From the NCBI GenBank assembly GCA_030141605.1, contig JAQGDQ010000206.1, positions 326,085-390,084 on the forward strand: DNA of 64,000 nt, in the 5' to 3' direction. Within the stretch, counting starts at the first letter, position 1. Every line of letters begins with the position of its first letter. Shown in pieces: positions 24,501 through 32,420 of this stretch. The position numbers and the translations under genes are program-made. Source of the DNA: Tubiluchus corallicola (taxonomy: Eukaryota; Animalia; Priapulida). The notes under the pieces are model-generated. The model saw only the letters and a program-made list of their open reading frames with translations. It was not told where the DNA came from and did not search any database.

Positions 24501-25753
24501 TGTGTACTACTGATACGTATAAGCTGCATCACTGAAGTTTCTAAACCTCGTGAATGTAGATTACAGTCTTAACAGATACAAATTTTATACAAAGATTTCC
24601 CGTGGTGGAAGAATACTCGTGCGTAAATGTAACGTAGTTTCTTGTATTGTGGCCAAAAAGTCATTTCTTTTTTACTCTGGTATAGCTGGTAGCCACATTC
24701 CGCATAATGCACACCATTTTTTTTATTTTTGGCAAGAGATACTATATTAGTTGTTTTAATGTAACAGCGAAATTAGCTGAGACTTCAAAGCTGGGTGCTG
24801 CGCATATTGCTTCAGTATAAACCTGTTTCTGAAAATTTGAATTTTGCTTATAATTTATGTTACTGTGCACAGCTAGCAATTACCACTATAAACAAAAGTT
24901 TAGAGGAATTTTTAGAGCTTGAAAAGATCTGTGTGTGCGTGTAGCACATTTCCAAAAAAAATCTACAAATAGCTAAAAAAGTGAGCATTTTGCGTAGTCG
25001 TTAGAGAAATCCTTGTTTTTGTTGAAATATGAGAGAGAGTTCTCCTGAGACTTGTCATCATTAACAGAAAAAACCAACCTAATTGGTTGTGTCAAAGATT
25101 ATAATATTTATTCGGTAGCTTTCGCCCTATTGGGCATCATCATGTAAGTGCTGTTAACTTGAGGGCGGTTACACTTGTTAGACGCTCAAGTTACCAGGCA
25201 CTTTCTATTCAGCTGACGAGTCCTGCCAGGACAAAAGCTGCTGAATAAATATTATAATCAGTGAGACTATAAAGGGTTTTTCTCTGTGAAATCCATGTTT
25301 TTTAAGACGTAGCTTCCAAGCGTTAATACTGAATTCGAATTCGATTTCTGGTAGTGTATATTATATTCCACTGCTTGACGGAGATGATGCAAACGTAAGT
25401 CCGTGTTTCACCTGACTAGAGATGATTACGCTGTTGACTTTCTGATCCGACATTTTTCCTCGTGTTGCATACATACGCCGTTAAGACGGCGCTAATTTTT
25501 ACGACTTGTTTGTTACAGTGCGCACAGTGCCTTATATACCATGATGAAGGATCAGTTTGCAAACTACGTCGTGCAGAAGATGATCGACGTGGCCGAGCCG
25601 GCACAGCGCAAGATCCTTATGCATAAGATCCGTCCGCACGTTGCCACCCTGCGCAAGTACACCTATGGCAAACACATTCTGGCGAAACTGGAGAAGTTCT
25701 TCATGAAGACCGGCGCCGACTTGGGCCCGATTGGTCCGCCGAACGGACTGTAA
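416..25753 (+). CDS. PUM: Pumilio homolog (PUF RNA-binding protein), 5'-partial, 15 coding exons
   Basis: Exons joined with GT-AG and consistent phases: 416-567, 1719-1980, 3704-3827, 5344-5424, 6327-6608, 7118-7352, 9308-9501 (or 9513), 11341-11562, 13656-13791, 15620-15757, 17241-17508, 20000-20137, 20607-20854, 24320-24403, 25519-25753. Translation includes [22 protein letters not shown], eight PUF repeats and C-terminal [27 protein letters not shown], recognisably like vertebrate PUM1/2. The start codon lies upstream of the window. Confidence 0.97.
690..1175. repeat. Internally repetitive element (gagttactctcgac / gtgtgaac units, ~140-bp period)
   Basis: About three degenerate units; same motifs as 45151-45596. 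Confidence 0.65.
1719..1980 (+). CDS. PUM: Pumilio exon ([10 protein letters not shown]...MLDLQQ)
   Basis: cttcag acceptor, CAG|gtacgt donor; inside ORF 1621..2058. Confidence 0.85.
3704..3827 (+). CDS. PUM: Pumilio Q-rich exon ([10 protein letters not shown]...[10 protein letters not shown])
   Basis: ttgcag acceptor in a NAGNAG (cagcag) context, G|gtaag donor; QQYA motif as in PUM1/2. Confidence 0.85.
5344..5424 (+). CDS. PUM: Pumilio 81-nt symmetric exon ([27 protein letters not shown])
   Basis: ttgtag acceptor, AG|gttagg donor, phase 1-1; resembles PUM1 GLAPAAFVPNPYII...DPY. Not in the ORF track. Confidence 0.82.
6327..6608 (+). CDS. PUM: Pumilio exon ([14 protein letters not shown]...polyQ...RPLTP)
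   Basis: ttttag acceptor; QYYG-PWG-Y and RPLTP motifs are conserved in PUM1/2. Confidence 0.92.
7118..7352 (+). CDS. PUM: Pumilio exon (AAYYDQ...PMRLMSPAP)
   Basis: ttctag acceptor, AG|gtaaag donor; AAYYDQ and RL..PAP motifs of PUM1/2. Confidence 0.92.
7660..8017. repeat. 42-bp minisatellite, ~8 copies
   Basis: Unit gtgattgactaagttcagtttagtaactaaagtgtcactcac. Confidence 0.92.
8584..9188. mobile_element. piggyBac-like MITE family A, copy 1
   Basis: TTAA|CCCTTTCACTA...TAGTGAAAGGG|TTAA; homologous to 17589-18202 (inverted) and 41858-42477. Confidence 0.85.
9308..9513 (+). CDS. PUM: Pumilio G/S/Q-rich exon (donor after 9501 or 9513)
   Basis: ttctag acceptor in phase 2; two in-phase donors, G|gtgcgt and A|gtaagt. 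Confidence 0.85.
11341..11562 (+). CDS. PUM: Pumilio exon (RRDSL...DYKR...SPGPI...GSSSNLSL)
   Basis: atccag acceptor, G|gtgagt donor; RRDSL/YKR/SPGP/GSSSNL match PUM1. Confidence 0.92.
11712..12218. mobile_element. Tigger-like MITE (second partial copy ~53918-54300)
   Basis: TA|CAGTAGTACCTC start; shared gagaaccgaatcatttattcccataagaaataatgtaaaagcaaat. Confidence 0.7.
13656..13791 (+). CDS. PUM: Pumilio exon ([21 protein letters not shown])
   Basis: ttcag acceptor, AG|gtac donor; the [12 protein letters not shown] motif is diagnostic. Confidence 0.95.
13859..14271. mobile_element. Palindromic (foldback) element
   Basis: Outer ~80-bp arms (ttgtcatgaagtt...tagctgtaggaact / agttcctacagcta...aacttcgtgacaa) and inner ~50-bp arms (ataggaaaagttct...aaaagtcactaca / tgtcgtggtgacttttt...agaactttttctat) are imperfect reverse complements. 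Confidence 0.75.
14098..14137 (-). pseudogene. tRNA-Phe 3'-half fragment ending in CCA
   Basis: Minus strand reads AATCTGAAGGTCCCTGGTTCAATCCCGGGTTTTGGGACCA: T-arm CCTGG/TTCAATC/CCGGG intact and close to the remembered eukaryotic tRNA-Phe 3' half (GATCTAAAGGTCCCTGGTTCGATCCCGGGTTTCGGCA). No 5' half is present. Confidence 0.75.
14694..15284. mobile_element. Degenerate Tc1/mariner-type MITE
   Basis: TA|CCGCATATACTTATGTACAAGTCGA...GTATATACGG, with repeated TCGACTT(A/G)TAC motifs as in 41315-41801. Confidence 0.6.
15620..15757 (+). CDS. PUM: Pumilio exon, start of PUM-HD ([36 protein letters not shown])
   Basis: tttag acceptor, AG|gtaaag donor. Confidence 0.97.
16521..17021. mobile_element. hAT (Charlie-like) MITE, copy 1
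   Basis: CAAGGGTGTGCAAATT...AATTTGCACACCCCTG TIR; degenerate 8-bp TSD atgtaaac/atttaaat; highly similar to 20958-21440. Confidence 0.88.
17241..17508 (+). CDS. PUM: Pumilio exon, PUF repeats 1-3
   Basis: [19 protein letters not shown]...[13 protein letters not shown]...[13 protein letters not shown]; tgcag acceptor, gtgagt donor. Confidence 0.97.
17589..18202. mobile_element. piggyBac-like MITE family A, copy 2 (inverted relative to copy 1)
   Basis: TTAA TSD, CCCTTTCAC TIR; internal sequence is the reverse complement of 8584-9188. Confidence 0.85.
18699..19153. mobile_element. piggyBac-like MITE family B, copy 1
   Basis: TTAA|CCCTTTCAGTCCC...GGGTATGAAAGGG|TTAA; 3' portion nearly identical to 57705-58137. 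Confidence 0.85.
19253..19759. mobile_element. Tc1/mariner-pogo (Tigger-like) MITE
   Basis: TA|CAGTGGCCGCCGCTTATTATGGACA...TGTCCACAATAAGCGGCGGCCACTG|TA. Confidence 0.9.
20000..20137 (+). CDS. PUM: Pumilio exon, PUF repeat 4
   Basis: [46 protein letters not shown]; tttag acceptor, gtatgt donor. Confidence 0.97.
20208..20433. repeat. ~22-bp minisatellite, ~10 copies
   Basis: Unit close to tgaaagccttgttgcaacattat, with a palindromic TGTTGCAACA core. Confidence 0.9.
20607..20854 (+). CDS. PUM: Pumilio exon, PUF repeats 5-7 (start)
   Basis: [21 protein letters not shown]...[15 protein letters not shown]...LSQHKFA. Confidence 0.97.
20958..21440. mobile_element. hAT (Charlie-like) MITE, copy 2
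   Basis: CAGGGGTGCGCA...TGCACACCCCTG with perfect 8-bp TSD GTTTAGGC. Confidence 0.92.
21540..22736. mobile_element. Tigger-like MITE interrupted by a nested TTAA-flanked element (~21971-22584)
   Basis: TA|CAGTAGGTGCTG...CAGCACCTACTG|TA; the internal block ttaaagcaaagcaggac...gtccagttttgctttaa recurs at ~36586-37193. Confidence 0.75.
23523..24263. repeat. 60-bp minisatellite, ~12 copies
   Basis: Unit gtagtagcaactgactcagcttcaaccgagctagctgatttactgtgtgagtcagctgat. Confidence 0.95.
24320..24403 (+). CDS. PUM: Pumilio exon, PUF repeat 7
   Basis: [29 protein letters not shown]; tttcag acceptor, gtaaat donor. Confidence 0.96.
25206..25247 (+). ncRNA. Degenerate minimal type I hammerhead ribozyme motif (Penelope-like), with an inverted partial copy at ~25097-25143
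   Basis: TATTCAG-CTGACGA-GTCCT(GCC)AGGAC-aAAA-GC-TG-CTGAATA: stems I and II and the CUGANGA core are present, GAAA and UH are mutated. The minus copy reads TGATGA-TGCCC(AATA)GGGC-GAAA-GC-TA-CCGAATA. Confidence 0.55.
25519..25753 (+). CDS. PUM: Pumilio last coding exon, PUF repeat 8 and C-terminus
   Basis: [23 protein letters not shown]...[12 protein letters not shown] at 25751-25753; alternative acceptor at 25528. Confidence 0.97.
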
Positions 25754-26154
25754 CGTCACCGAGCGTCGTCGTTTGTATCCCGTACGAGTAGTTGGGGTTA
25801 GAGTGGTGACGGTAGCGCAGTATTCGTATCCGTTTTTTTGTCATTTCGCTGCTGTTTTTTGTCTGTTTTTAAAAGTGAGCTCACACCGTAAATCTTCACG
25901 TTCTATTCGTTTGCCTGTGTACACAAGAAAGTGCTCTGGTTTTGCTTGCCGGTGGATACTTGCACAGTTAATCACCGACTTGAGAAAATTCGCCTACATA
26001 TTTAAGGCTAATTCGTTGGCGGATTTACGTGGAATCGTTCAATTTAATTTATTCTTTTGTCATCATTTGCAAAAGTACATCACGTGGATGTACAATTTTC
26101 ATGATGTTTCATTGAAGTATAATTGTGGAGGTCGAAAAACGTAAGTTGTCCTCA

Positions 26155-26256
26155 TCACATTACTCTTAATGGCTTCACATTACTCTTAATGGCTTCACAT
26201 TACTCTTAATGGCTTCACATTACTCTTAATGGCTTCACATTACTCTTAATGGCTTC
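26155..26256. repeat. Perfect 20-bp tandem repeat x5 in the pum 3'UTR
   Basis: Unit tcacattactcttaatggct. Confidence 0.95.
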
Positions 26257-26872
26257 GCCCAAGAATTTGACCGTTTCATGCATTACAATTTGCCTTTGAG
26301 TTATCTGCACCGCAGAGTATAAACGAATTGCTATTGGTATCGTATGAAAAGAAATTTGCCAGGCAGTTACTATTGTCTCTTGAACGTCGTCCTTGCTTTG
26401 TTGATTTATTCATCTATTCTGAGTTATTCGCTTATTTTGCAAACATTGTTAGACGATTCTTATCACATATCACTGCAAACTATCTTTACATCAGCTGTGT
26501 CTCGCAATCTTAAGAAATAATTGCTCTGCTGTCAAAGTCGAGCGCCACCCAAAAGATGCTAAGCTCACGAGAGCAGTTCGAGCGGCCGCTACAGGTGGCA
26601 GTAGTAGTCGTTCGAGCTCAACTCGACTTATTTGCCGTGGTATGCATTGGCGTATTTGTAGATTTATTCTAATTATTAGTGTAAAATTATTTATACTAAT
26701 TGTAAGTTACCGTGTACATGTGTAAATTGCTCTTAAATGAATAATCGCCTGTGCTTAAGGCTGAAACTTACCGACACGACTTGACGGCAATTGCTTACAA
26801 CTTAATTGGTATTTCGTTCGTTCGTTAAATGTTTGCTGTTCATGAAGTCAGTCAATTGCGGTAGCTGTGATG

Positions 26873-27210
26873 CGGGGCCGGATTATGACCTTTTGGGCCC
26901 CTAAGCTAATAAAATTACGGGGCCGTCGTCTCACTCGCCCGCACCAATCTTCAATATTTTTCCATTTATATTTTATCAACATAGCTCGAAGTAAACTTAT
27001 TGTAAATAATTTAAATAAACTAGAATAGCTGTCTTTTGTTGTCAATGAAAACATTCTTTGAGAAACAACTGCAAACCAAATTAGCTCACATTTCGACACA
27101 ACTGAAGCGAAAAAACATTTTTTACCAAATGTTTCCTACTCTTGAGCTCGCCCAAGCTTGAGAGCTCCTAGGCTGTAGCCTATGCTAACCTATAGTATAA
27201 TCCGGCCCTG
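26873..27210. mobile_element. hAT-type MITE in the pum 3'UTR
   Basis: CGGGGCCGGATTAT...ATAATCCGGCCCTG TIR; 8-bp TSD ctgtgatg/ctttgatg. Confidence 0.82.
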
Positions 27211-29438
27211 CTTTGATGCTAATATACGGATCGTTTACCGGTCATTTGTCTCGGTGGACAAATTGCCCGCTTTCTGAACTTTCAAAATCAGCACGAGTGC
27301 TTTTGTTCAGCAACTACCGCAGGTCGTGGTTTGGTCTGTAAATTTATGTAACACTACAGCCTGTTTGTATAATAATTCTCCTGTTTTCTTATCTGTGCCG
27401 TGTCGTGACACGCGCCTGTATGTAAGTGGCTATTGTAATAAATCTATCCTGCCTGTAATATACGCTCTGGCCGCGGTTTGTACAAATGTAGATATAAAAC
27501 GAATCTATCTTAGACCGGGCGCAAACTCGTTTGTAATTATGTTAATGAGGTCAGTCAGATTTCGCCGTAGCGCGTCCGAGCACGCCGCTTTGGCCTTTCG
27601 GTTTTTTTTGTAAAGTGTAAATACTTTTCTGGAGAGTATAAAACTAACTATATCTTTATTTTTGCAACTAGCCCTTGTATAAAAACTCCTTCTTTCGGTG
27701 CTGTATACCAGCCTAGCTGTCATCGTGTACTTTTTTCACAGACTAAGACATTAACATGTAACATGCACCCTTGTAACTTGTACAGTCTGATTTTTGAGTG
27801 ACACCTGGCACTCCCTGGTGCTAGTTTGCTGAAACTAACGCAGAGTTTTACCACTAACATCCGCAAAACTAATGCGTATTCGAACTTTTGAATCTTACAA
27901 TTTTTGAAAGGTATTCTATTGAGTGGAGTCGTGCTGGGTTTTTAACGCATAAAATCTATTTGTCCATCATCTGAGCTCATAATCATAAACACTTGTTTTT
28001 CTCATTTCTAATATAATAAAACACTTAAGTTTAAATAATTAAATGTTGGCATTTAATAATATATATCATGCAATAGTCGATGCTGTGACGTATTTTATAA
28101 TCATATTTTGTCGCTTTGTGTAAAACCGTTAATTTTCATGCTTTAGCAGACGAGGCAATATGGGTAATCATATCCTTTGGATGTTGCATGTGCCGTTGAT
28201 GGTGTCCAGTTGTAGTAGTTTTTCTTTTCGCTTAATTATATATATGTATAAGTAGATCTATGTATATGTAATCTATATATATTATAAACTAGTACATACT
28301 ACGTAATACAACGATTCGCTTGCTGGCTGCGGTTGTTCTTAAGTTTATTTTGTCGTGCGTTTGCTATACAGACAAGTATGTGTGTGTAATGTAGTCGAGT
28401 CATAATGTCATAGTCATTTAATGATATGAATTGTAAACAAATATATTTAGCATGCAATTTATAAAGGAAGTTTGTATAATTGTAGATTGAGACCGCTTTG
28501 GGTGTTTTTGTACACATTTGTAAATGTAAAATTTAATGATTTATTAAGTGATTAAACGGTATGCATTAACGTTGTGTGGTGGTAATGTATATATTATTAA
28601 TAATTAATAACGCGTAGAGAGTGAGCTAGCCAAAATGAAATGTTCGTTGACCGTGGTTCGGGTGCAGCCTGACCGGCCTTTTTTTGATTATTCGATTAAA
28701 TTGTGTAATAAGTATCATTTAGACTTTTTAGCTAGTTGTAATATTTTCTTGTGAATCCTTGCTAGAGTCGAATTCGAATGAAATTGAAAAACGGTTAAAG
28801 AATTAAAATTCCGGTGGCAAATTTACATAAAGAAGTCACATCTGGTGTGTATGATTTAGCTAAAACGTTTTTGAAAATACCAAGATGTTTAACATGCTTT
28901 CATATCTATCGACATTCGTACGGATGACAAAACTATTTCATTTTTTTCAATGTTTGTTTTTAAATAACTGCAAGGCTTGTGTGAAATTTATATGCAATGT
29001 TTGGAGAAAGCTAAAATTGTATTGTCGTCTTCTGTGCATTCGTTATCACGAATTTTTAGCATTCTGTTGTTTCCATGTACAATCACTGTACGTACACGTA
29101 CGGCTGTGCGGTGAGTTTTGTAAGCTAGCTTCACCTGTCTGATAATAGCAACCAATTCTGATTGGTTATAGTGCAGAAATAGTCATTTTCTGATTGGTTA
29201 TTGTGTAGAGATCGTCTGATTGGTTAAATTGCCATCCTGTAGATTTTGTTTTTACTGTAAATTGTGTACAGCGTACTCTCTCAGTCTGAAGAATTGTACA
29301 TGACTGTGTAACTACGATTATGCTTGAATACAGCCAATAAAAATTTCCCATTTGGATTGAATGCTCGCAGTTGATTTGATTTCGTTTCTCATTGTTGAAT
29401 TATACACACATTATAAGCCATAAAACTTTTCTATATTA

Positions 29439-29939
29439 CAGTCAACCTCGGATGTAAGGGACACCTCCGGACCCGGCAAAAATCGTATCCGATGTCCCTT
29501 ATAGCCGAAGTTGAGTCAGACCGAGGGTGCATCTAGATCAGCGAGCTCTATATACCTCATCTGGTAGCCTAATGCCAAATGAACCGTTTGTCGCAATGTA
29601 TGTAATATACCGATTTAATGCAAGCATCATTGCAGCCACAAGACCGGACCATACTCCAAAGTAACACAGTCGGGCCCGTGTGGGGTCTCTCGGCATTTTT
29701 AGGATGTAAAAAATATTTGATCATAAGATTCCTTATATGTGAGGTAATTTACCTGGGTTTCTATTACATGGGACTTGAAGATATCGTCCCTTAAAACAGA
29801 AATTCCCTTATATCCGAGTACCTCATATACGAAGATTTTTACATGGGGAAAAACGTTACGAAAAGTCGGGACCGGTGTTGGTGGTCCCTTATAAGTGAGT
29901 GTCCCTTACATCTGAGTACCTTATACCCGAGGTTGACTA
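29439..29939. mobile_element. Tigger/pogo-like MITE
   Basis: TA|CAGTCAACCTCGGATGTAAGG...CCTTATACCCGAGGTTGACT. Confidence 0.85.
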
Positions 29940-31072
29940 TTTTATTGTTGATGTTATCACGACTGTTTTAATGTTTGGGATTTGCATCAACTATTTTATA
30001 CAGACAATTATTCAGTTTAGCTAATCTAAATTTGCTTCACCTAATTTGATACAACAGTAACATTGCTGTATTGCGGATAACATATCTGATGCAGAGTGAT
30101 TTATTGGAATTAGTCTGAATGCTTTGTGGGAGGTAACCATTGTGCCGTATGCTTCGCGTGAACAGTTCATCACTCGGCGTGAATGGTTTCAGTCGTCAGG
30201 CTAGGTTCCAGTAATACCACAAGCACTGCACTTAAATGGTCATACAAAAAAGATAACATAGCAACAGCCTAGAGTACTATTGGCTAAATTAACTTAAAAA
30301 TCGATAACAAAAAAACTATTTTCACTAATTCAGATGACAATGATTACTTTATTAATATCTGTGTGGAAATTCACTTGGACAATAACAATGCATTTTGTTT
30401 TTTTTTGTTAATCTTGTATCATTGTAATCTTGTCGCCAGTACACTGTAATTATGTGGCACAAAATTTTAGCACAATAGCAACAGAAAAAATTTAGAAACA
30501 ATGAGATATCCTGAAGTTTTAGCCAACATGCTTATTTTGGTCTCTAATAAAAACCCCTATTCAAGTTTCACTCAGATGACCATTTCATTACAATTACAAA
30601 CGATTGTCCATTTATCATTCACATTAATAACTGACTTGCCTAAATATGTAATTCCTGGCCATGGTACCATTGCAATCAATATTACATCATAACAGATGCA
30701 TACCCCTGCTGCTGCGAATTTCTATAGTATGTACAAGCTAAAAATAGCAAAAAATGTCAGTAGCAAATCCTTCCTTAATACCCCTCATTGTCATGCAATA
30801 TTCATTCACTGTTTTGCAGCCTTTAGTCAGGCAAGATAGGCATAATTCCTTACAAATTACAGTAATCTCCGCATAATTTGGATGGCTAGGAAACAATGAA
30901 ATCGTCCGAGTTGCGCAACAAAGCCGAGTTCGGCAAAGATGCGTGTTCGTGTATTCATTTTCTCGATGGATGCACAGCGTGCTTGCATGTAGCTAGCTTG
31001 GTTCATGGCCAAATGTTACCTAGTTTAGTTTAAAATTATTAATTGTTGACTGATTCCGTTTGTTTTGAATAA

Positions 31073-31866
31073 TTTATTAAAAACGCCCAGCACTAATGGT
31101 TGGCAGTTGTAGGCCCACAACATCTTAGCTCAAGATCGAACCGCCCAATTATCATAATTGAAAAATCAGCAAACTCTACACACTCCTTGAGCACGCACTA
31201 TATTTGCCATGAAAGACAGTCAGTTAGGGCCTACTGAAACCAACAGTGAAAGATTAAGCAGTAGTCATATAACTGCATAAAACCGAGTTACTCAGCTACA
31301 TAATTGCAGTTACTCAGAATGTTCTGCTTTGTATTTTTATTAAAAATGCCCAGCACTAATGGTTGGCAGTTGTAGGCCCACAGCATCTTAGCTCAAGATC
31401 GAACCGCCCAATTATCGTAATTGAAAAATCAACAAACTCTACACACTCGTTGAGCGCGCACTATATTTGCCGTGAAAGACAGTCAGTTAGGGCCTACTGA
31501 AACCAACAGTGAAAGATTAAGCAGTAGTCATATAACTGCATAAAACCGAGTTACTCAGCTACATAATTGCAGTTACTCAGAATATTCTGCTTTGTATTTT
31601 TATTAAAAATGCCCAGTACTAATGGTTGGCAGTTGTAGGCCCACAGCATCTTAGCTCAAGATCGAACCGCCCAATTATCGTAATTGAAAAATCAACAAAC
31701 TCTACACACTCGTTGAGCGCGCACTATATTTGCCGTGAAAGACAGTCAGTTAGGGCCTACTGAAACCAACAGTGAAAGATCAAGCAGTAGTCATATAACT
31801 GCATAAAACCGAGTTACTCAGCTACATAACTGCAGTTACTCAGAATTTTCTGGTTTGTTTTTATAA
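31073..31866. repeat. 263-bp tandem repeat x3
   Basis: gcccag(c/t)actaatggttgg recurs at 31085, 31348 and 31611. Confidence 0.95.
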
Positions 31867-32420
31867 AAAGGGTAGTAGAATCATTGAATTACTAGTTCGC
31901 GTATTCCTCGGGAAACAAGACAAGTTACATGTGTCATGTGCGTAAACAATGATAGTTCTTACTGATTACTTTTCTCATCATTTTACACCGCTACTGACGG
32001 GACAGCCGGGGAAGACTGCATTCATTGTATCGACAATGTTTCTGCGTGTCAAAGATGAGCAGAGCAAATACAATGGGTTCTGCGTAAATTGTTCCTCTAA
32101 AATATATGTAATTCGGGGACATACACAGTTATAAATACAGACTTTTGCGATTGCCTTAAGCATTATGATATAAGGAAACAAATCCGTTCTACAAAATCTG
32201 TCTGACACCAACATTCTTGGGGCCCCTTCAATCAAGCTTTCATTCTTATACCAATTCATTAACTTTAGCAATTAGTGAGGTCACAAAATTATTTTCAAGC
32301 TTGACAGTTCTCATGGTTTTGTTAACTCCAAATACGCTCATTTTAATGCTGTTAATGTCAGCTCCACTACAATGTTTTCTTCTGCATGTAGAGATTCACC
32401 AGTTTCAATATTCCATACGC

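Larger units (their letters stand above)
25754..29360 (+). promoter_or_regulatory. Probable long Pumilio 3'UTR with Pumilio response elements and poly(A) signal
   Basis: TGTA-rich, U-rich stretch; TGTAAATA at 27001 and 27616, TGTATATA at 28586, TGTAGATA at 27487; AATAAA at 29336-29341 followed by a U/GU-rich tract. The end position is inferred. Confidence 0.6.
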
